Of a stretch of DNA of 64,000 nt, positions 9,574 through 19,377 are shown in pieces. Both the position numbers and the translations under genes were made by a program. The first letter of the stretch is position 1, and every line of letters starts with the position of its first letter. Under the pieces are notes generated by a model. It did not search any database and was not told the DNA's origin. It saw only the letters and a program-made list of their open reading frames with translations. This DNA comes from Candidatus Omnitrophota bacterium (GTDB lineage Bacteria; Omnitrophota; 4484-213): contig QNCL01000001.1 of assembly GCA_003645805.1 (NCBI GenBank), positions 1,582-65,581 on the forward strand, in the 5' to 3' direction.

Positions 9574-10123
9574 GTATGCCCATGGCTGGGTAGCCTATAA
9601 GTTAGGAGATCCGACTGCTAAGTATGCGGGAAGGCTTACTTTAAACCCTCTGGCACATATAGACCCGATGATGAGTATCTTTCTCCCTCTAATTTTGCTC
9701 TGGATTACAAATGGAGCATTTGCTTTTGCTGCGGCTAAACCTGTGCCAGTGAACTTTAACAATCTGAGAAATCCCCGGCGAGATATGCTCTGGGTAGGTA
9801 TTGCTGGGCCTGGAAGCAATTTTCTTTCTGCCTTTGCTCTTTCTCTCCTGCTAAAGTTTTTCCCTCTGGGGCTACTTAAGCCTCTTCTGGAGATAGGAAT
9901 TTTTGTAAACATAATCTTGGCAGTATTTAATCTTATCCCCATTCCCCCTTTGGATGGCTCAAGGGTGGTTATGGGGCTTCTTCCGCGAGAGTATGCTTAC
10001 TCCTATGCCCGATTAGAACCTTATGGCTTCTTCATTCTGATAGGATTAATGTTTATGGGATTTTTGCGGGTAGTTTTTCCTGTAATAATAATCATCTCTC
10101 GCTGGTTGGGAGCAGGAATTTAG
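9521..10123 (+). CDS. site-2 protease family zinc metalloprotease (peptidase M50)
   Basis: HEYAHG (HExxH) in first TM segment and the LNPLAHIDP / PLDGSRV motifs typical of small M50 proteases. Overlaps the previous gene by about 50 nt. Confidence 0.7.
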   Translation: MNMLLFVFLLAIFASLHEYAHGWVAYKLGDPTAKYAGRLTLNPLAHIDPMMSIFLPLILLWITNGAFAFAAAKPVPVNFNNLRNPRRDMLWVGIAGPGSNFLSAFALSLLLKFFPLGLLKPLLEIGIFVNIILAVFNLIPIPPLDGSRVVMGLLPREYAYSYARLEPYGFFILIGLMFMGFLRVVFPVIIIISRWLGAGI

Positions 10124-10146
10124 AAAAGGAATTTAGAAAAGGTATA

Positions 10147-11079
10147 ATGAAACTTGCTCAGATTGGGGAAATAGAGGTAATTAGGAGACTTACTCAGCAT
10201 CTTAAAGGAAATGGAGAAGTCATCCGAGGAGTGGGAGATGATGCTGCTGTTCTTGCTTATTCAGCCAGGGAGTATCTTTTGTTTAGCACAGATATGCTTA
10301 TAGGGGGCGTGCATTTTCCTTCCCTTGCAGACTTGAGAGCAAAAAGAGAGCAGAGGAGTGCCTTCTACAATGTGGGATGGAAGGCGTTAGCCTGTAGTAT
10401 TAGCGATATCATCGCTATGGGGGGAATCCCTCAGCATTGTCTTATCTCTTTAGGATTAAGGGCAGATATGGACTATTCTCTCCTCAAACAGTTATATACA
10501 GGAATAGAAGAGATTGCTTCTCACTATAGGATAAACATTGTGGGAGGGGATGTGGTGGAGAGCGAAGAGATGGTAGTAAATATTGCTTTGCTGGGAAGGG
10601 TAAAAAAGGAGAATCTTGTTCTTCGCTCAGGAGCAAAAGTAGGAGATAGGATTCTACTCAGCGGAGAGTTGCGGAGGAAGGAAAAACACAGGGAACTTCC
10701 TCCGTTAGATAAAGTCCAGACTTTAATCAAGAGGTTTAATATCCATTCTATGATCGATATCTCCGATGGCTTAATCTTAGACCTATCTCGGATTATAAAA
10801 GAAAGCAAGAAGGGAGCAAAGATTTATTTAGAAAAGATTCCCATATCTCCTTCCAGAAATAGAAGAAAGGATCTGCTTAGAGAAGCACTCTATGGAGGTG
10901 AAGAGTTTGAATTGCTGTTCACCACCGATAAGGACTCGGCAGAGAGGATAGTTCAGGAGAGTCTGGGATACATTATTGGAGAGATTAACGGAAAGAAAGG
11001 AGTGATAGAATCTTCGCAAGGAAAAAGGATAGAGATAGATGGTTATCAACATTTTAAGGACAATCACCCATTCACCTGA
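10147..11079 (+). CDS. thiL: thiamine-monophosphate kinase
   Basis: GEIEVIRRL...GVGDDAAVL...STDMLIGGVHF AIR-synthase-like N-domain typical of ThiL. Confidence 0.85.
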   Translation: MKLAQIGEIEVIRRLTQHLKGNGEVIRGVGDDAAVLAYSAREYLLFSTDMLIGGVHFPSLADLRAKREQRSAFYNVGWKALACSISDIIAMGGIPQHCLISLGLRADMDYSLLKQLYTGIEEIASHYRINIVGGDVVESEEMVVNIALLGRVKKENLVLRSGAKVGDRILLSGELRRKEKHRELPPLDKVQTLIKRFNIHSMIDISDGLILDLSRIIKESKKGAKIYLEKIPISPSRNRRKDLLREALYGGEEFELLFTTDKDSAERIVQESLGYIIGEINGKKGVIESSQGKRIEIDGYQHFKDNHPFT

Positions 11080-11482
11080 AGAGACAAAGGGTTTAGGAGA
11101 GAAACTTGCAGAGAGATTGAGAGAAGGAGATATCGTTGCCCTCCTTGGAGAATTGGGTTCAGGAAAGACCACCATAATTCAAGGGATAGTCAAGGGTCTG
11201 GGGGGTCCCGCTCAGTCTGTAAGTAGCCCTTCTTTTGTAATTCTCAAGCAATATAAAGGAAGGTTTCTCATCTATCATTTTGATCTCTACCGTATAAAAG
11301 ACTTTAGCGAACTAATAGAGGTGGGATATCCGGATTTTTTTTACACAAAAGGAGTGGTATTGATTGAGTGGGCAGAGAAGGTAGAGGAGCATCTTAAAGA
11401 ATATATGAAGATAAAAATGGAGTATATAAGCCCGCAGGAGCGCAGGATCGAGGTATCTATGGTGAAGAAGAAAACAGATTGA
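11039..11482 (+). CDS. tsaE: tRNA t6A37 biosynthesis ATPase TsaE (YjeE)
   Basis: Walker A GELGSGKTT; 147 aa; adjacent to tsaB. Confidence 0.85.
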   Translation: MVINILRTITHSPEETKGLGEKLAERLREGDIVALLGELGSGKTTIIQGIVKGLGGPAQSVSSPSFVILKQYKGRFLIYHFDLYRIKDFSELIEVGYPDFFYTKGVVLIEWAEKVEEHLKEYMKIKMEYISPQERRIEVSMVKKKTD

Positions 11483-11563
11483 GGGTAAACCACAAGTAAG
11501 AAGAGCCTTCTTCAATCCTTTGTTAAAACTTCCTTTCAATCTTCTTAGGTATATCAAGACTTT

Positions 11564-12292
11564 ATGTCAAAAAGGTTAAACAAAGAAATAATTCTGCTTG
11601 CTTTCTCTACTTCCAGTAAGAGGTTAAGTGTTGCTTTAACTAAAGGAGAGAAGGTAGTTAAAGAGATAAATCAATCTGCAGGATTGCTTCATTCTCAGAA
11701 GCTCTTACCTGCCATAGCCACTATTCTTTCCTCTCTCTGTTTATCCATAGAAGATATAGAGGCTTTTGCCATAGATATTGGTCCCGGTTCTTTTACAGGT
11801 CTGCGTATTGGGCTGGCAACCTTAAAAGGCTTGGTCTTTGGCAGGAAGAAGAAGGTAATAGCAGTTTCTTCCTTGGAGGTATTAGCCAGGAAAACAGCAG
11901 AACATTTTCTTTCCTTTTCTCTGCCTTCTTGCTCTCTCTTTCCAATTATTGATGCTAAGCAGGAGAAAGTTTATACAGCAATTTATACTGCAAAAAAGAA
12001 GGAAAACAAGATAGTCCTGAAGAGAGAGACAGGGTATCAGGTGCTTAATATAAGGGAGTTATTAAGGAGAATAAAAAAAAGAAAACAGGTTGTGTTTACT
12101 GGAGACGGAATAGAGAGGTATCAAGACATTATTTTATCAGAGAAGAAAGAGATTAGGTTTGCAGAGCACCGTTTCTGGTTTCCTTATGCCTCCGTAATTT
12201 CTGAGATTGCCTTAAAGAAGTTGAAAAGAGGGGAAGTGGAGGATATAGAGCGATTGAGTCCAATGTATCTAATCCCTTCTCCATTTGCATAA
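11564..12292 (+). CDS. tsaB: tRNA t6A37 biosynthesis protein TsaB (YeaZ)
   Basis: ASKH-fold N-terminus, FAIDIGPGSFTGLRIGLATLKG motif. Confidence 0.8.
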   Translation: MSKRLNKEIILLAFSTSSKRLSVALTKGEKVVKEINQSAGLLHSQKLLPAIATILSSLCLSIEDIEAFAIDIGPGSFTGLRIGLATLKGLVFGRKKKVIAVSSLEVLARKTAEHFLSFSLPSCSLFPIIDAKQEKVYTAIYTAKKKENKIVLKRETGYQVLNIRELLRRIKKRKQVVFTGDGIERYQDIILSEKKEIRFAEHRFWFPYASVISEIALKKLKRGEVEDIERLSPMYLIPSPFA

Positions 12293-12304
12293 TAACATAA
12301 TAAA

Positions 12305-13465
12305 ATGAATAATAGAAAAGAGCACCATTTTGAACACAAACACAGTTGGGTGGAAATAGATCTCTCGGCCTTAGCCCACAACCTCTTTCAGATAAGAAAA
12401 AGAATAGAGAGGATTACTTTTTCTGAAAAGAGAAAGGTAGGGATATTAGCGGTGGTCAAAGATAATGCTTATGGACATGGATTGGAAGAGGTTGCTCGTT
12501 TGCTCAGCAGGGAAGGGGTTGAGTATCTGGCGGTCTCCAGCATAGAAGAGGGGAAAAAGCTAAGGGACGCAGGAGTAAAGATTCCCATTCTGAACTTAGG
12601 AAGCGTCTATTCGTTAGAGGAGATTGAGGAAGGAGTGAAATATGGAATCACCCAGACAGTTTTTAGTAGAGAGGTGATAGAGTTATTAAACAGAGAAGCA
12701 ATAAAAAAGCAGAAGAAGGTAAAGGTGCATCTTAAGATCGATACAGGAATGGGGAGATTGGGGATTTTGCTTCCCGAAGCAGAGGATTTAGCCGAACAGA
12801 TATCTTCTCTGAGCGCATTGACCTTAGAGGGTGTATTCACTCATCTTCCTCATCCTATAGAGAAAGAGTTTACCCTTGAACAACTCAGGTGCTTCAGGTC
12901 TTTTCTGGAGAGATTAAAAAAGAAAGGGATTTTTCCTGTCTATCAGCATACCGCTAACAGTCTTGCTTTCCTTTCTTTTTCTCAGAGTTGGTTCAATCTT
13001 ATCCGCCCAGGACTAATCCTCTATGGAATCTATCCCCACATCTGTTTAGAGAAAGAGATAGATTTGCAACCTATACTCTCTTGGAAGACCAGAGTTGTGT
13101 ATGTGAAAGATATCCCCAAGGGTTGGAGTGTAGGTTATGAAAGGAGTTATATAGCCAAGAGCAAGGAGAGGATAGCGATATTGTCCGCAGGATATAGTGA
13201 TGGTTATCCCTATGCACTCTCCAACAAAGCGCGGGTGCTGATAAAAGGCAAATTTTTCCCCCTAATAGGAAAGGTTTGTATGGACCAGATTATTGTGCGG
13301 GTAGATGAAAGGGTAAAGGTGAAGGATGAGGTAGTGTTGATAGGAAGACAAGGAGATAAGCGAATAAGCGCAGAAGAGTTAGCCGAAAAAGCAGGTAGTA
13401 TCCCCTATGAGATAGTCTGCAGACTTACCCACCTACCTCATATCTTCAAAGAAGGTAATGATTGA
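12305..13465 (+). CDS. alr: alanine racemase
   Basis: PLP-lysine motif AVVKDNAYGHG; 386 aa. Confidence 0.85.
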   Translation: MNNRKEHHFEHKHSWVEIDLSALAHNLFQIRKRIERITFSEKRKVGILAVVKDNAYGHGLEEVARLLSREGVEYLAVSSIEEGKKLRDAGVKIPILNLGSVYSLEEIEEGVKYGITQTVFSREVIELLNREAIKKQKKVKVHLKIDTGMGRLGILLPEAEDLAEQISSLSALTLEGVFTHLPHPIEKEFTLEQLRCFRSFLERLKKKGIFPVYQHTANSLAFLSFSQSWFNLIRPGLILYGIYPHICLEKEIDLQPILSWKTRVVYVKDIPKGWSVGYERSYIAKSKERIAILSAGYSDGYPYALSNKARVLIKGKFFPLIGKVCMDQIIVRVDERVKVKDEVVLIGRQGDKRISAEELAEKAGSIPYEIVCRLTHLPHIFKEGND

Positions 13466-13532
13466 CAACAGAAAAGAGAGAGAGTAAAATAGAATAATCT
13501 ATTTAAGGAGAGAAACGCAGATAGGTGTATTA

Positions 13533-15203
13533 ATGAAGAAATTAAAAGGGGCGCAGATCTTGGTAGAGACATTGAAGAGAGAAGGGGTGGAGTACATCTT
13601 TGGACATCCAGGAGGAGCAGTCCTGCCTATCTTTGATGCGCTTTATCAATCTCCTCTGAGATTTATTCTCACCCGCCATGAGCAAGGAGCAGCACATGCC
13701 GCAGATGGATATGCACGCGCTACTGGAAAAGTAGGGGTATGCATTGCTACTTCAGGACCAGGGGCTACAAATCTGGTTACGGGAATTGCCACCGCTAATA
13801 TGGATTCTGTGCCGATGGTCATCTTTACTGGTCAGGTAAAGAGGAAGTTGATAGGAAATGATGCATTTCAGGAAGCGGATGTGACAGGGATTACCCGCCC
13901 CATTACCAAACATAGTTATCTGGTGAAGAAAACAGAGGATTTAGCACGGATAATCAGGGAGGCGTTCTATATTGCCTCCACAGGTAGACCCGGACCAGTG
14001 CTTGTAGATTTACCCGTGGATGTAAGTATGGAAGAGACGGAGTATGTTTACCCCGAGAAGGTTTCTCTGCGTGGTTATAAACCAACCTATTTTGGCCATC
14101 CCGGGCAGATAAAGAAAGCCTGTAGATTAATCAAGGAAGCGAAAAAGCCCATTATCTATGCAGGAGGAGGAGTTATTATCTCCGGGGCTATGGAGGAACT
14201 TAAGAAATTGGTGGAGAAGACATCTATTCCTGTTACTACTACATTATTAGGTTTAGGAAGTTTTCCCGAAACTCATCCTCTTTCTCTGAAGATGTTAGGG
14301 ATGCACGGCACGGTTTATGCAAACTACGCAATAATGAACTCTGACCTGATTATCGCTATTGGTGCTCGCTTTGATGACCGTGTTACCGGGGATGTGGAGA
14401 AATTTGCTCCCCAAGCAAAGATAATTCACATTGATATTGACCCTACAGCAATCAGCAAGAACATTCCTGTAGATGTTCCTATTGTAGGAGATGCAAAGAA
14501 TGTTCTAAAAGAACTGAACAGGATTGTGGAGAAACCAGAGATTGATTCTTGGTTAGAACAGGTAAGGGAATGGAAGAGAAAAAATCCCTTGCGCTATGAA
14601 AAAACAGGAGGCTTGAAGCCTCAGTATATAGTAGAGGAGATATATAACCTGACTAAAGGAGAGGCGATAATTGTCACAGAAGTAGGACAAAATCAGATGT
14701 GGGCAGCACAATTTTATAATTACACCCGAGCCCGCACATTCCTTTCCAGTGGAGGACTGGGAACAATGGGATATGGACTGCCTGCGGCTATTGGAGCGCA
14801 AATTGGCTGTCCGGATAAAATAGTATTTGATATTGCTGGCGATGGCTCTATACAGATGAATATTCAAGAGTTAATCACTGCGGTCTTGAATAAATTGCCC
14901 ATCAAGGTTGTTATCTTAGATAATGGTTATCTGGGAATGGTCAGGCAATGGCAGGAGTTATTCTATCAGCGTAGATACTCCCATACTCGTCTTATCAACC
15001 CAGATTTTGTAAAATTAGCCGAGGCTTATGGAGCAGTAGGACTAAGAGTAGGAAAGAAAGAAGAGGTGGTGCCGGCTTTGGAGAAGGCTTTGGCAGAGAA
15101 GGTGAAGCCAGTAGTGATAGATTTTATGATTGAGCAAGAAGAGAATGTTTTTCCAATGGTGCCTGCAGGGGAGGCTATAGATCGAATGATAGAGATGGCT
15201 TGA
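13533..15203 (+). CDS. ilvB: acetolactate synthase large subunit
   Basis: N-terminus [32 protein letters not shown], ThDP motif [16 protein letters not shown]...GDGSIQMN; 556 aa. Confidence 0.9.
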   Translation: MKKLKGAQILVETLKREGVEYIFGHPGGAVLPIFDALYQSPLRFILTRHEQGAAHAADGYARATGKVGVCIATSGPGATNLVTGIATANMDSVPMVIFTGQVKRKLIGNDAFQEADVTGITRPITKHSYLVKKTEDLARIIREAFYIASTGRPGPVLVDLPVDVSMEETEYVYPEKVSLRGYKPTYFGHPGQIKKACRLIKEAKKPIIYAGGGVIISGAMEELKKLVEKTSIPVTTTLLGLGSFPETHPLSLKMLGMHGTVYANYAIMNSDLIIAIGARFDDRVTGDVEKFAPQAKIIHIDIDPTAISKNIPVDVPIVGDAKNVLKELNRIVEKPEIDSWLEQVREWKRKNPLRYEKTGGLKPQYIVEEIYNLTKGEAIIVTEVGQNQMWAAQFYNYTRARTFLSSGGLGTMGYGLPAAIGAQIGCPDKIVFDIAGDGSIQMNIQELITAVLNKLPIKVVILDNGYLGMVRQWQELFYQRRYSHTRLINPDFVKLAEAYGAVGLRVGKKEEVVPALEKALAEKVKPVVIDFMIEQEENVFPMVPAGEAIDRMIEMA

Positions 15204-15227
15204 GATAGAGAGATAAACCGAGACAGA

Positions 15228-15301
15228 GGCGCGATGGCCGAGGAGTTAGGCAGCGGTCTGCAAAACCGCACACATCGGTGCAAATCCGATTCGCGCCTCC
15301 A
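15228..15301 (+). tRNA. tRNA-Cys (anticodon GCA)
   Basis: Manual cloverleaf. Acceptor GGCGCGA/TCGCGCC. D-stem GCC/GGC. Anticodon stem GCGGT/ACCGC with loop CTGCAAA. T-stem ATCGG/CCGAT. U73 discriminator (a Cys identity element). CCA encoded. Confidence 0.8.
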
Positions 15302-15348
15302 AATGTTTCTTTTAATCTCTATAATCTGGAGAGAGAAACAAAAAACTT

Positions 15349-15438
15349 GCCGGGATGGCGGAATTTGGTAGACGCCTGGGACTTAAAATCCCATGTCCTT
15401 TTTAGGACGTGTCGGTTCGAGTCCGACTCCCGGCACCA
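15349..15438 (+). tRNA. tRNA-Leu (anticodon TAA), type II with long variable arm
   Basis: Acceptor GCCGGGA/TCCCGGC. Anticodon stem TGGGA/TCCCA with loop CTTAAAA. Long variable arm. T-arm GTCGG-TTCGAGT-CCGAC. A73, CCA encoded. Confidence 0.8.
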
Positions 15439-15472
15439 GCGAGGCATCCAAGGATATTTTTGAATTACAGAA

Positions 15473-16684
15473 ATGAAGATAAAAAATCTTTTCCTTGCCT
15501 GTGTAGGTTATCTTTTTCTTTTTTTTCTGCTTTTTCCTTCGTCTGTATATGCCCAGAAGCATAAACATATCTCTTTGCTCTTCTTTTACTCCTCAGGATG
15601 CGGGCATTGTCTTAAGGTAAAGAATAGATTGCTTCCGGAGATAGAGAGGAAGTATAAGGGATTGGTGGAGGTAGAATATCTGGAGATAGGAAAAAGGGAG
15701 AATTACGAACTTCTGCTTGAGTTAGAGAAGAGGTATAATATAAAGCAAAAAGGAACTCCCACAATATTTGTAGAAGAGTTTGCTTTGGTGGGAGAGAAAG
15801 AGATAAAAAAGAACCTTGAGCAAGTTATTCAAAGGGTGCTCACTGAAAAAAGTGGAGAAGAAGTATTCAGAATTCCGAAGAATTTTTCCAAAAGCAAAGA
15901 GGTTTTATCCGGAGATAAAAAAGAAAAAAGCGATCTTATTGTTGAGCATTTCAAATCCTTCTCGGTATTTACAGTAATTACTGCTGGTTTAATTGATGGG
16001 ATAAATCCGTGTGCATTTACCGTTATTGTTTTCTTTATTTCTTTCCTGACCTTAAGAGGATATAAAAAAAGAGAGGTAAAATGGGTAGGCTTTTCCTTCC
16101 TGATTGCGGTCTTTCTTACCTATTTAGCCTTAGGTTTGGGGATATTTAAGTTCTTCCAGAGACTGCGGATATTTTACTTTCTCTCCCAGATCCTGTATTA
16201 TGCTACTGCAGGATTAGCATTTCTTCTCTCTGGACTGGCAATTTATGATTACCGAGAATATAAAAAGACAGGAAATACGGCTCATCTTAAACTTCAACTT
16301 CCTTTCTTCATAAAGAGTTTGACCCATCAGGTAATCAGAGAAGGAATGAAAAGAAAAACAGAAAAGGTTTTTAAGATAGCCATAGTTAGTTTTATCATTG
16401 GATTTCTGATCTCTCTATTAGAAGCGGTCTGTACCGGGCAGGTTTATCTACCCACTATTGTTCTGGTGAGCAAACTACCCGAGTTGAGAAATAGAGCCTT
16501 TTTCTATTTAGTACTCTATAATCTAATGTTTATCCTTCCTTTGCTGGCTATTTTTCTCTTGGCTTATAAAGGATTTAGTTCGGAGCAATTTGCTCGTTTT
16601 GCCTCTTCGCACCTGGGTAAAGTAAAACTCCTGATGGCTACACTCTTCTTAGTCCTGGGTATAGCCTTACTTATCCTTCACTGA
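15473..16684 (+). CDS. thioredoxin-like domain fused to CcdA/DsbD-type transmembrane thiol-disulfide transporter
   Basis: Signal peptide. N-terminal thioredoxin-like domain with CGHC (CxxC). C-terminal polytopic domain with the CcdA-like motif DGINPCAF and a second TM cysteine (LEAVCTG). Confidence 0.6.
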   Translation: MKIKNLFLACVGYLFLFFLLFPSSVYAQKHKHISLLFFYSSGCGHCLKVKNRLLPEIERKYKGLVEVEYLEIGKRENYELLLELEKRYNIKQKGTPTIFVEEFALVGEKEIKKNLEQVIQRVLTEKSGEEVFRIPKNFSKSKEVLSGDKKEKSDLIVEHFKSFSVFTVITAGLIDGINPCAFTVIVFFISFLTLRGYKKREVKWVGFSFLIAVFLTYLALGLGIFKFFQRLRIFYFLSQILYYATAGLAFLLSGLAIYDYREYKKTGNTAHLKLQLPFFIKSLTHQVIREGMKRKTEKVFKIAIVSFIIGFLISLLEAVCTGQVYLPTIVLVSKLPELRNRAFFYLVLYNLMFILPLLAIFLLAYKGFSSEQFARFASSHLGKVKLLMATLFLVLGIALLILH

Positions 16685-16700
16685 TAAGAAAAAAAGAAAG

Positions 16701-18191
16701 ATGAAAAGAATCCTGTTACTCAGTTCGTTTTTATTTTTTCTTCTTTCTTCTATTGCTTATGCAGAATTTAAACCTGTAGAAATAGATCTGTTTGTGATGA
16801 GTCAATGCCCCTTTGCTGTCCAAGTAGAGAATACCTTTCTTCAGATAAAAGAGCAAATGAAAAAAAACCTAAATATCAATCTTTATTTTATTGCCCAAGA
16901 GCAAGAGGGGAAGTTTAAGAGCCTGCACGGAAAGAAAGAGGTAGAGGAGGATATGCGACAGTTAATCATTCATAAATACTTCCCCAGGAGATTCTTTCGC
17001 TATCTAAGAAGCAGAAACACGGATTATCGAGGGCAAGACTGGCAGAAGCATGCTATCTTTGCTGGACTGAACCCTCAAAAGATAGAATATCTGGTGAAAA
17101 AAGAGGGTAGAGAATTGCTGAGAGAGAATATCAAAAGAGCACAGAAACTGCATATCTTCTCCTCTCCTACCATCTTTATCAATGGAGAAAGATATGAAGG
17201 TTCATATTCGCTTCCCTCTTTGATTATTGCTATTCGTGAAAAACTCTCCGAGCAAGAAAAACGCTCTTTTCCTTGGAAAAACCTTCCTCGTTGTTTTTCC
17301 GATGAGGATTGCCATAAGAAAGGAAAGAGAGGGAGATGTCTATCTGCGGGCACATCAGGAGCGCGTTGCGTATTCAGTCCCCTCTCTCCTGTCACTCTCA
17401 CTATCTTAAGCAATAAAGATTTTGACTCTCGTGTAATAGAGGAGTGGAGGAGAGTAGTTCCTTCCTTGAGAGTCAAAAAACTCTCTTATAACTCCCAGGA
17501 AGGAAAGGAGGTTTTGAAAGAACTTGGCCTTGATGTTTTGCCTGTTTATATCCTGAGCAAGTCTGTGGAAGAGTTAGATAACTTTCAGTTTTATAAAGCC
17601 CGGGGACTGCTTATCCAGAAAGGGGAAAAGTATATTCTCAATCCTCAATCAGTAGAAATAAACTACTATCCTTATCGAAAAAGAAAGAAAAAGAATCTAA
17701 AACTCTTTGTAATGAGCAAATGCCCTTTTGGGATAGAGGCAGAGAACGAGATTCTTCCTTTGGCAAGAAAGAGGAAGGTGGAGGTAGAGATTTATTATAT
17801 TGCTTCTTACAATAAACAAAGGAAGGAGTGGGAAAGTTTGCACGGAACAGCAGAGGCAGAGGAGGATATGAGGCAGTTATGTATAAAGAAGTATTTTCCC
17901 GAGAAATACTTTGACTATATCCTACTTAGAAACAAGAATGTTCATAGTTCCCTCTGGGAGAAGGTTGCGCGGAAGGTGGGAATTGATGATGAAAAGATCA
18001 GAGAATGTCAATATAATCAGGGAGAGGAACTTTTGAGAAAAAATAGCAAGTTCTCTGAAGAGTTAAGAATAAATGCAAGTCCTACTATCCTCTGGGAAAA
18101 CACCAGAAGGTTTAACAACTTGAAAGAGTTTAAGGATAATGTAGAGATGTTTAAGGATATAAGGGTGAAATACCCGGGAAGATGTAGATGA
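16701..18191 (+). CDS. secreted protein with two tandem thioredoxin-fold-like repeats (monothiol CPF[AG] motif)
   Basis: Signal peptide. Clear internal duplication: LFVMSQCPFAVQVEN...SLHGKKEVEEDMRQLIIHKYFP versus LFVMSKCPFGIEAEN...SLHGTAEAEEDMRQLCIKKYFP. A 4-Cys linker lies between the repeats. Confidence 0.5.
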   Translation: MKRILLLSSFLFFLLSSIAYAEFKPVEIDLFVMSQCPFAVQVENTFLQIKEQMKKNLNINLYFIAQEQEGKFKSLHGKKEVEEDMRQLIIHKYFPRRFFRYLRSRNTDYRGQDWQKHAIFAGLNPQKIEYLVKKEGRELLRENIKRAQKLHIFSSPTIFINGERYEGSYSLPSLIIAIREKLSEQEKRSFPWKNLPRCFSDEDCHKKGKRGRCLSAGTSGARCVFSPLSPVTLTILSNKDFDSRVIEEWRRVVPSLRVKKLSYNSQEGKEVLKELGLDVLPVYILSKSVEELDNFQFYKARGLLIQKGEKYILNPQSVEINYYPYRKRKKKNLKLFVMSKCPFGIEAENEILPLARKRKVEVEIYYIASYNKQRKEWESLHGTAEAEEDMRQLCIKKYFPEKYFDYILLRNKNVHSSLWEKVARKVGIDDEKIRECQYNQGEELLRKNSKFSEELRINASPTILWENTRRFNNLKEFKDNVEMFKDIRVKYPGRCR

Positions 18192-18289
18192 GAGGAGAAA
18201 AGATGCGAATAAGGATTTCAGTTCTCGTGTTATCGTTATCTCTAATCCCTTTTTTTCTTACAAAGATATGCAAAGGAGAGGAGGTAAAA

Positions 18290-18805
18290 ATGGGAGAGAA
18301 GAAGGTATTAATGGTTATTGCCCAGAAAGACTTTCGCGATGAGGAATATAAGTATCCAAGGGAGATTCTGGAGGAAGGAGGAATTAAAGTAGTTGTCGCT
18401 TCTTCTAAGTTAGGAACAGCCTATGGTAGTTATGGGCTCACTGCTAATGTAGATCTTCTTTTGGATGAGGTAAATCCCCAAGAATATGAAGCGATTATCT
18501 TTGTGGGAGGAATGGGCTCAAGCGAGTACTTTGATAATCCAAAGGCTCATTTTCTCGCTCAGGAATTATTCAAGAAGGGGAAATTGGTATGTGCTATCTG
18601 CATTGCTCCTAATACCTTGGCTCAAGCAGGTATCTTAAAAGGGAAAAAAGCAACTGCTTATCCTTCGGTAAAAGAAGAGATGGTAAAACAGGGTGCTATC
18701 TTTACCGGCAAAGATGTGGAAGTAGATGGAAATATTATCACTGCTAACGGACCACACGCAGCAAAGGATTTTGGAAAAATAATCTTGGAGAAACTGCAAA
18801 AGTAG
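18290..18805 (+). CDS. DJ-1/PfpI family protein
   Basis: KKVLMV... with the conserved nucleophile-elbow Cys (LVCAICIAP). ATG at 18290 has a strong RBS (AGGAGAGGAGG). The ORF could extend to 18188 (GTG/ATG), which would add a hydrophobic N-terminus. Confidence 0.75.
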   Translation: MGEKKVLMVIAQKDFRDEEYKYPREILEEGGIKVVVASSKLGTAYGSYGLTANVDLLLDEVNPQEYEAIIFVGGMGSSEYFDNPKAHFLAQELFKKGKLVCAICIAPNTLAQAGILKGKKATAYPSVKEEMVKQGAIFTGKDVEVDGNIITANGPHAAKDFGKIILEKLQK

Positions 18806-18810
18806 AAAAG

Positions 18811-19365
18811 ATGATTCTGCCCAATCAGTTTAGAGCAGGAATGGTAATCAGATACGAGGATCAACTTTACTCTATCTTAGAATTTCAGCACATTAAGCCT
18901 GGAAAGGGAGGAGCGTTTGTGCGCACAAAACTTAAGAATTTGAGCACAGGGGCAATCGTGGAAAAGACATTGCGTCCCGAAGAGAAGGTGGAGGAGATAT
19001 TTGTAGAGGAGAAGAAAATGCGCTATCTCTACTGCGACGGGAGATACCACTTTATAGATGAGCAGACTCTTGAAGAAGTGGAGTTGTCCGGAGAACAATT
19101 AAAAGATATAAAAGACCTGCTTTTGGAGGGTAGTCTTGTATCCATCTCTTTTCATAACAAACAGGTTTTACAGATTCGCCTCCCAAATTTTGTAGAACTT
19201 CAGGTGACAGAAACCGAACCCTCCGCTAAAGGGGATACCGCCCAAAGAAGTTATAAAAAAGCAAAGGTAGAAACAGGAGCGGTAATCCAGGTCCCTCTGT
19301 TTATTAAAAAAGGGGATAAGATAAAGATTGATACTCGAGATAAAACCTATGTTTCTCGTGTATAA
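18811..19365 (+). CDS. efp: elongation factor P
   Basis: KPGKGGAFVRTKLKNL loop motif; 184 aa. Confidence 0.9.
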   Translation: MILPNQFRAGMVIRYEDQLYSILEFQHIKPGKGGAFVRTKLKNLSTGAIVEKTLRPEEKVEEIFVEEKKMRYLYCDGRYHFIDEQTLEEVELSGEQLKDIKDLLLEGSLVSISFHNKQVLQIRLPNFVELQVTETEPSAKGDTAQRSYKKAKVETGAVIQVPLFIKKGDKIKIDTRDKTYVSRV

Positions 19366-19377
19366 GCAGGAGGAAGG

